Source: Gemmatimonadota bacterium (lineage in GTDB: Bacteria; Gemmatimonadota; Gemmatimonadetes; JACCXV01; JAHWKZ01). Taken from it: DNA of 64,000 bases. Position numbers and translations under genes: made by a program. A model generated the notes under the pieces. The model had not been told where the DNA came from and ran no database searches. It saw only the letters and a list, made by a program, of their open reading frames with translations. The stretch lies in the NCBI GenBank assembly GCA_033722155.1, contig JAWVZN010000003.1:24845-88844 (forward strand). Reading direction: 5' to 3'. Below, in pieces: positions 36,478 to 45,250 of the stretch. The number at the start of each line of letters is the position of its first letter. Position 1 is the stretch's first letter.

Positions 36478-37500
36478 TCAGGCCGCGCCGGCCCTCTCGG
36501 CGGCCTTCCCCGGCTCGTCCTCGTCGGCCAGCCGGTCGGCGACCTGCCTCTCGATCCACGCGTAGGTGCGGGCGATGCCTTCCTCGAGCGAGATCTGCGG
36601 CGTCCATCCCAGAACCTCCGCGAGGCGGGAGTTGTCGGAGTTGCGCCCCCGCACGCCCTGCGGTCCCGGGACGTGCTTCCTCTCCACCTCGATTCCCGCG
36701 GCGTGGGCGATGATGTCGACGAGCTCGTTGATCGTGACCATCCGGTCCTGCCCGATGTTGAGGGGCTCGCCGTGGTCGGAGCGCATCAGCCGGTGGATCC
36801 CGTCCACGCAATCCTGGACGTGGCAGAAGGATCGGGTCTGTTCGCCGTCCCCCCAGATCTCCACCTCGGGATCGCCGGTGAGCTTGGCGTAGGCGACCTT
36901 CCGGCACAGGGCGGCCGGCGCCTTCTCGCGCCCGCCTTCCCACGTGCCGAGAGGACCGTAGATGTTGTGGAAGCGGGCCACCCTGGTCTCGAGATCCGTA
37001 TCCTCCCGGTAGTGCCCGCACAGCCGCTCGGTCACGAGCTTCTCCCAGCCGTAGGCGTCCTGGGGCTGCGCCGGGTAGGCGTCCTCCTCCTTCAGCGGCG
37101 TCACGTCGGCGTCCGTCTGGCGGTACTCGGGGTAGACGCAGGCCGAGGAGGAGAAGAAGAGGCGCTTCGCGCCGTTCTCGCGCGCTGCCTCGACCGTGTG
37201 GGTGCTGATCAGCAGGTTGTTGTGGAGAATCTGGGCGTGGTTGCTCGAGATGAACCCCATCCCCCCCATGTCCGCCGCCAGGGAGTACACCTCGTCGATC
37301 CCCTCGGTGGCCTCCAGGCAACGATCCCAGCGGCGCAGGTCGAGGATCCGGAACTCATCCGCGTCGGTCGCGGAGAACTCCGGCCGCTTCAGATCCGCTC
37401 CCCGGACCCAGTAGCCGCACTCCTTCAGAAAGGTGACGAGGTGGTGCCCGATGAACCCTCCGGCGCCGGTGACGAGCACGCGCGTCTCCTCAGGCGTCAT
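36478..37500 (-). CDS. GDP-mannose 3,5-epimerase-like NAD-dependent epimerase
   Basis: TGAGGFIGHH, and a long block LAADMGGMGFISSNHAQILHNNLLIS...SSACVYPE. From memory this closely parallels plant/bacterial GME (LAADMGGMGFIQSNH...SSACIYPE). GGAGG lies before the ATG at 37500. Confidence 0.8.
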   Translation of the reverse strand: MTPEETRVLVTGAGGFIGHHLVTFLKECGYWVRGADLKRPEFSATDADEFRILDLRRWDRCLEATEGIDEVYSLAADMGGMGFISSNHAQILHNNLLISTHTVEAARENGAKRLFFSSSACVYPEYRQTDADVTPLKEEDAYPAQPQDAYGWEKLVTERLCGHYREDTDLETRVARFHNIYGPLGTWEGGREKAPAALCRKVAYAKLTGDPEVEIWGDGEQTRSFCHVQDCVDGIHRLMRSDHGEPLNIGQDRMVTINELVDIIAHAAGIEVERKHVPGPQGVRGRNSDNSRLAEVLGWTPQISLEEGIARTYAWIERQVADRLADEDEPGKAAERAGAA

Positions 37501-37516
37501 TTCGTACCTCCATCCT

Positions 37517-39535
37517 TCACGAACCGGTGAACGAGACGACCGAGAGGTGGGGGACGGCCTCCCGCTCCTCTTCCTGCGGCCCGACGTAGACGGTGACATG
37601 CTTCGAGAGATCCGACACGATCGGATCCGGAACCCGCGATCGGGGCCACCAGCGGACCCCGCTCCGTTCCACCGAGAGGAGGTCGATCTCCTCCTCCTCC
37701 GTCCAACCCGCGACGTGCGGGAGATCGGTGATCACGAGGCGCGCCTTCCGGGTGAGCCGGCGCAGGTCGGAGCGGCTGCGGTAGCGCGGAAACGAGATGT
37801 TCCTCCCCTCCCCACCCTTGGGACCGATCGACGCCTCCGTCATGCGGTCGACGGCCTCGCGGTTGTTCTCCGCGACGACGATCCGGACCGGCCACCGGTC
37901 CGCCACCGAGAGCGCGGCCGGCACGACCAGCCGCCAGCTCCCGGGCAGGGCGCCGTCGATCCTCTGATCGAGCGCCACCAGGACGTACCCCTCCTCGGTA
38001 CCGGGCGGCAACGTCTTCTGGGGAGCCAGCGCCGGGGCGCCCTCTCGGGCGGAACGTCGGTCGAGAAGCCCGACGACGATGCCGAGGGTGAACAGGAGCG
38101 TCTCCAGCAGCACCAGCATGTCGAGAAGGAACGACTGGTGGTGGACGTAGTAGAGGTCGTACTCGATGTTCTCGTGGATCTCCGCGTGGCGATCGGGACT
38201 GAGCTGCCACAGGCCCGTGATGCCGGGACGCACCCGCAGCCGCTTTCGCTCGAGCGGCCCGTACTCCTGGACGAGGTGGGGCATCTCGGGTCTGGGACCC
38301 ACGAGGCTCATCTCCCCCCGCAGCACGTTGATCAGCTGGGGCAGCTCGTCGATCCCCGTCTTCCGCAGGATCCGTCCCGCGCGGGTGATCGTCGGTACCC
38401 CTCCGTCGCCCGGCGGCGAGGAGGCGTACGGCGGGGCATCGCTCCGCATCGTCCGGAACTTGTACATCCGGAAGGTGGTCCCGTCCTTCCCGACCCGCTG
38501 CTGGGTGAAGAGGGCGGAATCGGCCCCCTCGAGCCGGATCATCGCCACCGTGAGGGCCCACACCGGCGCGGTGATCACGATCAGGAACGACGCGGCGACC
38601 AGATCGAACGCCCGCTTCAGCACCTTGCCGGCCCGCCGGCTCGGCGGGCGATGCGGCCGCAACACCGGGATGGCGCTCATCTCCTCGATCCGCAGCTGGT
38701 CGGAGCGCACGTCGCCGAGGCTCGGCACGACCCCGAGGGAGATCCCCAGCCGATCGCACAGCCGGATCGCCTCTCGCTGCCGCTCGGAGCCGAGGGCGGC
38801 CTCGACGACCAGCACCTCGTCGACGTCGTGTCGGGGGACCAGCTCCTCGAGATCCTCGAAACGCCCCAGCACCGGGGCCTCGAACAGCGTAGGATCGGTC
38901 TGGTCGATGCGGCAGCGCACCTGGCTCCCGACCGGCACCTGGTCGTCGAGGAAACCGACGACCCTGGAGCCCAGCTGGGGAGCCTCGAGCGTCTTCTTCA
39001 TCAGCAGCTGGCCGGTCCGGTCGCACCCGTAGACGAGCGTCCGCCGCCCCAGCAGTCCCGCGAGCTGGAGCTTGCGCGCCAGCGCGCTCATCCCCCTCCG
39101 CTCGAGGATCAGGAGGAGGGCGGAGAGCCCGATCGCTCCGACCAGCAGCCCCCGGGAGAACCCCACCAGGTCGAGGAAGAAGAGGAGCGCGAAGACGAGC
39201 GCCGCCGAGAGCATCACGCCCACCACGGCGGTCTCGAGCTCCCACAGGTTGAGGACCGTCGCCCGCCCCCGGTAGAGGCCCTGCTGGGCGAAGACGGCGA
39301 TCGTCACCAACGCGAAGAGGCCGGTGAGGAGGGCGAAGGAGGCGCCGTCCGAGGCCGGCCCCGCCATCCACCCGCGTTCGATGCCCACCAGATGGATCCC
39401 GCGGGCGAGCGCGAAGGCGAGTCCGATCGCCGCCAGATCCGCGAGCGCGCGGAGGGCCACGAGCTCCCACCATCGGATCCGGGAGCCGAAGCGTCGCGGC
39501 GAGCCGGCGGACACGACGTCGTCGGAGACGGACAT
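37517..39535 (-). CDS. Polyprenyl-phosphate glycosyl-1-phosphate transferase (WbaP/EpsB-type priming enzyme) with an extra 181-aa C-terminal region
   Basis: TM N-terminus, CoA_binding_3-like middle, and a bacterial sugar transferase domain (KRAFDLVAA...FRMYKFRTM...DELPQLINVLRGEMSLVGPRP). The extension occupies 37517-38062. Confidence 0.85.
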   Translation of the reverse strand: MSVSDDVVSAGSPRRFGSRIRWWELVALRALADLAAIGLAFALARGIHLVGIERGWMAGPASDGASFALLTGLFALVTIAVFAQQGLYRGRATVLNLWELETAVVGVMLSAALVFALLFFLDLVGFSRGLLVGAIGLSALLLILERRGMSALARKLQLAGLLGRRTLVYGCDRTGQLLMKKTLEAPQLGSRVVGFLDDQVPVGSQVRCRIDQTDPTLFEAPVLGRFEDLEELVPRHDVDEVLVVEAALGSERQREAIRLCDRLGISLGVVPSLGDVRSDQLRIEEMSAIPVLRPHRPPSRRAGKVLKRAFDLVAASFLIVITAPVWALTVAMIRLEGADSALFTQQRVGKDGTTFRMYKFRTMRSDAPPYASSPPGDGGVPTITRAGRILRKTGIDELPQLINVLRGEMSLVGPRPEMPHLVQEYGPLERKRLRVRPGITGLWQLSPDRHAEIHENIEYDLYYVHHQSFLLDMLVLLETLLFTLGIVVGLLDRRSAREGAPALAPQKTLPPGTEEGYVLVALDQRIDGALPGSWRLVVPAALSVADRWPVRIVVAENNREAVDRMTEASIGPKGGEGRNISFPRYRSRSDLRRLTRKARLVITDLPHVAGWTEEEEIDLLSVERSGVRWWPRSRVPDPIVSDLSKHVTVYVGPQEEEREAVPHLSVVSFTGS

Positions 39536-39541
39536 CGCCGT

Positions 39542-40183
39542 CTACCTCGTGATCAGAATCGCCGAGGTCGTGAGGATCGTACCGATCAGGAAGGTGGCGT
39601 TTCGCTCGACCCAGCTCCGCCTCGGGACCAGGATCTCGTCCCCCGACTGGACAGCGCCAATGCCGACTCCCTGGTCGAGTCTGGCCCGGATCCGCGATCC
39701 CTCGCGGAGGATCCGGATATCGTCGGCATCGCCGTTCGGCGTCACCCCCCCGGCCAGGGCGATCGCGTCGCCGAGCGTCATGGTGGCGTCGACGTGGTAG
39801 AGGCCCGGCTGGCGCACCTCTCCGAGGATCCGCACCCTCCGCAGGAACGTGATCTGGGCAGGCTGGTTTCGGAGTTGGCGGTCGTACTCCGCCTCGAGCT
39901 GCCGCTTCACCTGCCGTGCCGGGCGACGGGTGACCTGCCGAGCCCCGAGGATCGGCAGGGAGACGACGCCGGTCTCGTCGATCAGGTACTCGCCGCTCAG
40001 GTCGGGCTCCTGCCACAGGAAGACGCGGACCTTGTCACCGGGATGCAGGGGGCTCGGGGTCGCGCGGACCGACTCGCGGCCGTCCCGCTGCGCCATCGCC
40101 GGGGTCGCGGCCACGAGCGCGAGGCTCGCCAGAACGGCGGCCGCGAGGGAGATCGCTGCCGGGGTCGGATTCGGATCACGCAT
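39542..40183 (-). CDS. Polysaccharide export protein (Wza-like; Poly_export plus SLBB)
   Basis: Signal peptide (AATPAMA). YLIDETGVVSLPILG and ILGEVRQPGLY motifs. Confidence 0.8.
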   Translation of the reverse strand: MRDPNPTPAAISLAAAVLASLALVAATPAMAQRDGRESVRATPSPLHPGDKVRVFLWQEPDLSGEYLIDETGVVSLPILGARQVTRRPARQVKRQLEAEYDRQLRNQPAQITFLRRVRILGEVRQPGLYHVDATMTLGDAIALAGGVTPNGDADDIRILREGSRIRARLDQGVGIGAVQSGDEILVPRRSWVERNATFLIGTILTTSAILITR

Positions 40184-42635
40184 GATAGGCGTAGGTCTCG
40201 TAGCTGTACTGGCCGGGCAGGTTCACGTCGTTGAACACCACCCCCAGAACCGTGGCTCCGGCCCGACGCAGCCTCTCGAGCGTGAGCTCGAGCGCCGATC
40301 CGTCGGTGACCCCGTCCCGCACGACCACGACCGCGGCGTCGACGCTGCCGATCACGGCGGCGGTGTCGGGCAGCACGTTGAGCGGAGGAGTGTCGATGAC
40401 GACCAGGTCGTACACCGCCCGGGCGTCGGCCAGAATCGCATCGAAGTAGCTGGTCTCCAGAAGCTCCGCCGCGTGCGGGGTCGGCCGGCCGGACGGCATG
40501 ACCGAGAGGGTGTCGATGTCGTCCACCAGCACCGTGCGGCGGGCCTGCCGGGGGGAGGTCTCCCCTCCCAGAAGCTCGCTCAGGCCCGGACTCGCCTCGA
40601 GGTCGAGGAAGCGCGCCACGCCGCCGGCGCGCATGTCCGCGTCGACCAGCAGCGTGTGGACGCCGAAGGCCGCCCGGGTGAGAGCGAGGTTGCACGCCAC
40701 GAACGTCTTGCCGTCCTCGCGGCTGGCGCTCGTGACCGCCAGCGATCGGAGGTCGCCGTCGACCACCCGGCGGGCGAGGAACTGGAGGTCCGATCCGAGG
40801 CTGCGGAACGCCTCGAGCGCGACCTCGCGCCCGTTCCCGGCGAACCGGTCGCGGCCGAGCCGGTTCTCCGCCCGCGGGGAGCGCAGCGCGGGGAGGAGGC
40901 CGGCGCCGGCCTCCCCCTCCTCCACCTGCGGACGGATCGTCTCGTCGACTCTCAACGGCTCGGCGGCGAGCACCGGGGCCGACCGCTTCACGTACGGGAT
41001 CATGGCGAGGATCGGGAGGTCGGTGTGCCCCTCGAGCGCCGTGCGCCCGTGGATGCGGGTGTCGGCGTGCTCCCGCACGAAGGCGAGCGCGAGCCCGAAC
41101 CCGAGCCCGAGGACCAGCGCCAGGACCAGGTTCATCGCCGGCTTCGGGAAGGCCGGCTCCAGGGGGAGCGAGGCGGCGTCGACCACCCGCACCCGGGGGC
41201 GATCGACCGCCTCGGCGATCCTCGCCTCCCGGAGCCGGGTCTGGAGCAGCTCGTGGATGTTCCCCAGCGAGGAGACCTTGCGCTCCAGCCGGGCCATCTC
41301 CACCTGCCGCTCCGGAAGATTCTGCAACCGGCCGCCCGACTGGCCCAGAACGCGATTCAACGAGGCCACCTCGGAGCCGAGCGAGCGCTCGTAGCTTCGG
41401 GCCATCTGGCCCAGCTGTCGCTCGATCGCGGCGATCCGCTCGTCGAGGGCGGCCAGCTCGGGGTTGACCCGGCTGCGTCGCTGCGCGAGGTCGCTGCGTC
41501 GATTCTCGAGCTCGGCCAGTTGGGTCAGAAGCTGGGAGACGGCCTGGTTCTGGAGCAACGACGGGAAGCTCGCGAGGTCCCGATACGCCCGGGTTCCGCT
41601 CGTCCGATCCGCGCGGTCGAGCAACCGGGACAGCGCCTCCCGCTCGGCCTCCATTCGATCACGACGGGCGCGCACGCCGGCGTAGTTGCGGACCTCCTCG
41701 ATCGCCTGCTCCCCGAGGGCGACTCCCCGGTTCTCCCGCGCGAATGCCTCGAGGGTGTCCTCCGCGGCCGCGAGTCGCTCCTCGTATTCGGCGACCTGCT
41801 CCTTCAGGAACGCGGCGGTGTGGGCCGCCGAGGAACGGTGCAGCTCGGTGCGGAGGCCGACGTACTCGCGGGTGATGGCGGAACACAGGTCCTGGGCCAT
41901 CCGGGCGGTCGAGGCCTCGCAACGGATTTCGAGAATCTGACCGTCCTCCGCCGGCGGGGACACCGAGACCCGCTTCCGAACCGCGCTCACCGACTTCGGA
42001 AACGCCGTCACCCGGATCGCGAGTTCGTCGAAGCCGGGCGCCTCCGGCAGCCGGAAGGAGAGGCCCGCGAACGCCATCTCGTCGCCCGGCTCGGCGGTGT
42101 CGAGCTCTCGCTCGTCGGACTTCGAGCGCACCACGTACGATCCGTTCGACCGCGCGAGGACGTACGCGCCGGGACGGGCGTCGGAACCCGCCCGGAATCC
42201 GTTCAGCAAGTCCGACGGCCGGTGCGTCCCGCCGTCCGACTTCAGCGTCACGTGGGCGTCGAGCGAGTCGACCGCGTCGGAGACGACGCGCCGGCTCCGG
42301 ATCAACTCCGTCTCGGTCTCGAGGGTGGTGATCTGCTCCACCCGCTCGAGCACCGCGAGCCCCGGGATCTCCGCGGCCTCCCCCTCGCGCTCCGACTGCT
42401 CCACCAGAACGGTGGCGGTCGACTCGTAGGACTCCGGCCACAGCATGGTGAGCACGCCGGCGACCACCACCACCGCCGCGGTCGCGGCCACGATCGTCCA
42501 GCGGCGTCGGACCAGCGCCCCCCGGATCGTGTCCAGATCGGCCGCCTCCGATCGCCGTTCCGCGCTCTCCGCGGATCGCCCGGGAGCGACCTCCTCGGGC
42601 CGCCGGTGGGGCAACAGGGGGGAGGGGAAGTTCAT
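40176..42635 (-). CDS. Polysaccharide co-polymerase / tyrosine autokinase (Wzc/GumC-like)
   Basis: Wzz/GumC N-terminus with TM, long coiled coil, P-loop domain (VTSASREDGKT), and a C-terminal Tyr cluster YSYETYAYHA. Confidence 0.85.
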   Translation of the reverse strand: MNFPSPLLPHRRPEEVAPGRSAESAERRSEAADLDTIRGALVRRRWTIVAATAAVVVVAGVLTMLWPESYESTATVLVEQSEREGEAAEIPGLAVLERVEQITTLETETELIRSRRVVSDAVDSLDAHVTLKSDGGTHRPSDLLNGFRAGSDARPGAYVLARSNGSYVVRSKSDERELDTAEPGDEMAFAGLSFRLPEAPGFDELAIRVTAFPKSVSAVRKRVSVSPPAEDGQILEIRCEASTARMAQDLCSAITREYVGLRTELHRSSAAHTAAFLKEQVAEYEERLAAAEDTLEAFARENRGVALGEQAIEEVRNYAGVRARRDRMEAEREALSRLLDRADRTSGTRAYRDLASFPSLLQNQAVSQLLTQLAELENRRSDLAQRRSRVNPELAALDERIAAIERQLGQMARSYERSLGSEVASLNRVLGQSGGRLQNLPERQVEMARLERKVSSLGNIHELLQTRLREARIAEAVDRPRVRVVDAASLPLEPAFPKPAMNLVLALVLGLGFGLALAFVREHADTRIHGRTALEGHTDLPILAMIPYVKRSAPVLAAEPLRVDETIRPQVEEGEAGAGLLPALRSPRAENRLGRDRFAGNGREVALEAFRSLGSDLQFLARRVVDGDLRSLAVTSASREDGKTFVACNLALTRAAFGVHTLLVDADMRAGGVARFLDLEASPGLSELLGGETSPRQARRTVLVDDIDTLSVMPSGRPTPHAAELLETSYFDAILADARAVYDLVVIDTPPLNVLPDTAAVIGSVDAAVVVVRDGVTDGSALELTLERLRRAGATVLGVVFNDVNLPGQYSYETYAYHA

Positions 42636-42710
42636 CGGACGGGGGGCTTAGGCGTGGATGGAGGTCGGGAGGCGAAAGTTCTTGGCATTTCGAGTGAAAG
42701 CGTGGGGTTG

Positions 42711-42739
42711 ATCATACCGCATATCGGGAGTCCGGACAA
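42711..42739 (-). promoter_or_regulatory. Candidate sigma70-type promoter of the EPS operon
   Basis: Minus strand reads TTGTCC-N17-TATGAT, in the locally AT-richer 340-bp gap. The -10 hexamer ends 75 nt upstream of the wzc-like ATG. Confidence 0.3.
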
Positions 42740-42915
42740 GCGCGTACGGGCGGGCGTCACGCGGGCTCTCCGGTGGACCGGCCCGTGTCCGCTCCTCTCT
42801 CGATGCAATGTCCAGGCCAAATCGTCACGGAAAGCGGGGTCTCCGGCGCTGCCCGGGGATCGTGCCTCCTCCCGCGGGCCTCGAGGGGCCGCGAACGGGC
42901 ACACCAGGAGAGCCG

Positions 42916-42938
42916 AAAACGCGGGCCGGATCGCGTTT
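42916..42938 (-). terminator. Candidate intrinsic terminator after the ZIP gene
   Basis: Minus strand reads GAAACGCG-AUCCGGCC-CGCGUUUUC, about 40 nt after the stop at 42976. The stem is short and weak. Confidence 0.35.
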
Positions 42939-42975
42939 CGCAACCCGGCGAAGAGGCGGCTCTACGCCGCCCGGC

Positions 42976-44157
42976 TCAGGCGGGAATGAGCAGCGCGGTA
43001 CCGTACATGATCGCCAGCCCCGCCAGGGCTCCGGCGAGGACCTCCCCCCGCCACGGTCCCATCTCCGCGGTGGAGCGCGTGGCCACGAGACGCCCCACCT
43101 CCACGACCACCTGCACGATCGCGCCGGCCCCGACAGCGAGGAAGAGGCTTCCCCAGAGCGGATCGAAGACGAACCCCCCGATCCAGCAGCCGATCACCGC
43201 CGGACCGCCGGCCAGCAGCGCGAGCCAGGCGAAGTGGAGCAGCCGCGGCTTCGATTCCGCCAGCGGCGCCGCGATGCCGATCCCCTCGGTGACGTTGTGG
43301 AGGGTGAACCCCACGACGAGGAAGGTCCCCAGCCCGACCGCGCCCGTGGAGAGGGCGGCTCCGATCGCGAGACCCTCGCCGAAGTTGTGGAGGCCGATCC
43401 CGAGCGCGATGAAGCCGGCGAGCGCGAGCGGCTCCAGGGTTCCCCCACCGGCCCGGCGCCGCTCGCCCACGGCGAGCAGGCCCACCAGCGTGGCGATCGC
43501 GACCGTCCACACGAGGATCGGGGCGTGGAAGCCCGACGCGACCTCGCCGGCGAGCTCCACGGCCTCGGCCATGGTGTCGATCGCGAGGAAGACGAGAAGC
43601 CCCACGGTGAGGGCGAGGACGAAGTCGAGCCCGCGCTCGCCCAACCGAGTGAGAAACGGGTGGGTGGCCAGCCCGAGGGCGACCGGGACCACGCCCACGT
43701 ACACGCCCAGCAGGGCGAGCCGGAGAAACCACCCGAGGCCGGCGGTCGGGGTCTCGGTGGCGACCGCGATCTCCTCCTCGAAGGTGACCCCGTTGCGCGA
43801 GATCAGCTGGATCTCGTGCGCTTCCCCCTCGACCCAGCGGTACGGAATCTCGACCGTCGCCCGCTTGAGCCGGCCCACGGTGGCCTCCGGCTCGATCGAG
43901 AACGCCCACACCGCGTCGTCCACCACCACCTGGTGGATCGAGACGGGATCGGGCCCGCCGTTGACGACGTGGAGCACGATCCGGCCCGGCTCGGGCAGCT
44001 CGATCCGGTCGACCGTGAGCTCCTCGATCGGCGGCGCGGCGCGCTCGAGGCCCACGCCGCGGGCGAGCAGGAAGGCGAGCACCCCGACGATCGCCACGAC
44101 GACGGTGAAGCCGACCAGGGGGCCGGCGAGGCCGCCGGAGTCACGCCTCGGCGACAT
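42976..44157 (-). CDS. ZIP-family metal (Zn/Fe) transporter with an N-terminal TM plus about 100-aa extracytoplasmic domain
   Basis: ZIP core motifs GLHNFGEGLAIG and FTLHNVTEGIGIA. An extra N-terminal domain precedes the core. The start overlaps the oxidase stop by 17 nt. Confidence 0.8.
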   Translation of the reverse strand: MSPRRDSGGLAGPLVGFTVVVAIVGVLAFLLARGVGLERAAPPIEELTVDRIELPEPGRIVLHVVNGGPDPVSIHQVVVDDAVWAFSIEPEATVGRLKRATVEIPYRWVEGEAHEIQLISRNGVTFEEEIAVATETPTAGLGWFLRLALLGVYVGVVPVALGLATHPFLTRLGERGLDFVLALTVGLLVFLAIDTMAEAVELAGEVASGFHAPILVWTVAIATLVGLLAVGERRRAGGGTLEPLALAGFIALGIGLHNFGEGLAIGAALSTGAVGLGTFLVVGFTLHNVTEGIGIAAPLAESKPRLLHFAWLALLAGGPAVIGCWIGGFVFDPLWGSLFLAVGAGAIVQVVVEVGRLVATRSTAEMGPWRGEVLAGALAGLAIMYGTALLIPA

Positions 44158-45205
44158 CGAAGAACCCCATCCACCCGAGCTCGGCGAACTCGCTCTGGTG
44201 GGCGTGGAACATGAAGTGGCCGGGATGGCGGAACTCGAGCTCGAGAACGTGCCGCTCGCCCTGGCAGAACATCACCGTGTCGGTGAACTCGTCGGGCTCG
44301 AGCCGGGTCCCGGTGCGATACACGTCGAAGAAGTTCGCGTGGACGTGAAGCGAGTTGACGAGGTCGAACTCGAGGGTGTTGATCACGTAGAGCCGGACCC
44401 GCTCCCCCACCGTCGCCGGCAACGGATGGCGCATGTAGTGGAAGGCGACCGTGTTGACGGCGTAGAACTCGTTCTCCGCGTCGAAGTTGGTGTCGAAACC
44501 GTTCATCACGAACACATACTCCCGCGCCTCCGGCCGCCCCTCGGCGGGATCCACGATGAACGCGCCGTAGAGCCCCTTGTGGATGTGGCGCTTCAGCGGG
44601 GTGGTGTGACAGTGGTACAGGTGGAGGCCGAAGGGATCGGCGTCGAACTCGTAGACGAAGGAGTCGCCCGGCTCGACGATCTCGAACACCCCGTCCATGT
44701 TCGCCGGGTGGAACCCGTGAAAGTGGATCGTGTGGGGGTGGCTTCCGGCGTTGCTGAAGTTCACCCGGATCCGGTCGCCCTCCGTGCACCGGATCGTCGG
44801 GCCCGGCACGCGGCCGTTGTAGGTCCACGCGGGGAACCACACCCCGGGAGCGATTTCGATCTCCTTGTCGACGGCCACGAAGTCGTACTCGCGCAGGGTG
44901 CGGCCGTCGGGGAGGGTGGAGGCTCGCCCGTAGTCGAAATCGGTGGCGAACGCGGTGGGGTCGAAGCCGTCCGGGGAGATGTCCTCCACCGGTCCCGTGC
45001 CCCCCGCCCCGTGGAGATTCGGAACCTCGGTCCGGGGCTCGAGCTGCTGCTGCCGCCCGCTCAGTCCGAGGGTGGCTCCCCCGAGGGCGGCCAGTCCCGC
45101 GGCCGCCCCGCCCTTCAGCAGGGTTCGACGCGAAAGCCCCTTCGGCTTCTCCGGCCCGTCGGGGGGATCGGTCCGATCGGATGCGTGGTTCGGTGTCTCG
45201 CTCAT
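44141..45205 (-). CDS. Tat-exported two-domain multicopper oxidase / cupredoxin protein
   Basis: Twin-arginine signal SRRTLLKGG. Copper-ligand motifs HTIHFHG, LYHCH, HVHAN and FHAHQ. About 350 aa. Confidence 0.75.
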   Translation of the reverse strand: MSETPNHASDRTDPPDGPEKPKGLSRRTLLKGGAAAGLAALGGATLGLSGRQQQLEPRTEVPNLHGAGGTGPVEDISPDGFDPTAFATDFDYGRASTLPDGRTLREYDFVAVDKEIEIAPGVWFPAWTYNGRVPGPTIRCTEGDRIRVNFSNAGSHPHTIHFHGFHPANMDGVFEIVEPGDSFVYEFDADPFGLHLYHCHTTPLKRHIHKGLYGAFIVDPAEGRPEAREYVFVMNGFDTNFDAENEFYAVNTVAFHYMRHPLPATVGERVRLYVINTLEFDLVNSLHVHANFFDVYRTGTRLEPDEFTDTVMFCQGERHVLELEFRHPGHFMFHAHQSEFAELGWMGFFDVAEA

Positions 45206-45208
45206 GAT

Positions 45209-45222
45209 TTAGACATGTCTAA
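45209..45222. promoter_or_regulatory. Perfect 14-bp palindrome TTAGACATGTCTAA (candidate operator)
   Basis: Read directly from the sequence. It lies 3 nt upstream of the oxidase ATG (45205) and abuts the -10 element. It is strongly AT-rich within a very GC-rich context. Confidence 0.5.
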
Positions 45223-45250
45223 TTATCGCGCGCGTCCGGGGCCCCGTCAA
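45222..45250 (-). promoter_or_regulatory. Near-consensus sigma70-type promoter for the oxidase-ZIP pair
   Basis: Minus strand reads TTGACG (45250-45245), 17-nt spacer, GATAAT (45227-45222). The -35 hexamer contains the stop codon of the upstream CDF gene. Confidence 0.45.

Noticed and set aside
42680-42700. Sigma54-like TGGCAT element (cttggcatttcgagtg) in the same gap
   Set aside because: It is on the plus strand, where no downstream gene exists. The -12 GC/TTGC element is not present at the correct spacing.
42632-42943. 103-aa minus-strand ORF filling the gap between the ZIP gene and the EPS operon
   Set aside because: Its 3' end overlaps the wzc-like start codon (42632-42635). It spans the candidate terminator and promoter. 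It has an Arg/Pro-rich composition and no RBS. It is more likely non-coding regulatory DNA.
44141-45205. Calling the Tat-exported cupredoxin protein a copper nitrite reductase (NirK)
   Set aside because: Size and the YHC motif are compatible. However, the ligand spacing after the Cys (H at +1, +8 and +10, with no Met at +14) fits neither NirK nor classical laccase patterns by eye. The generic multicopper-oxidase call is kept.
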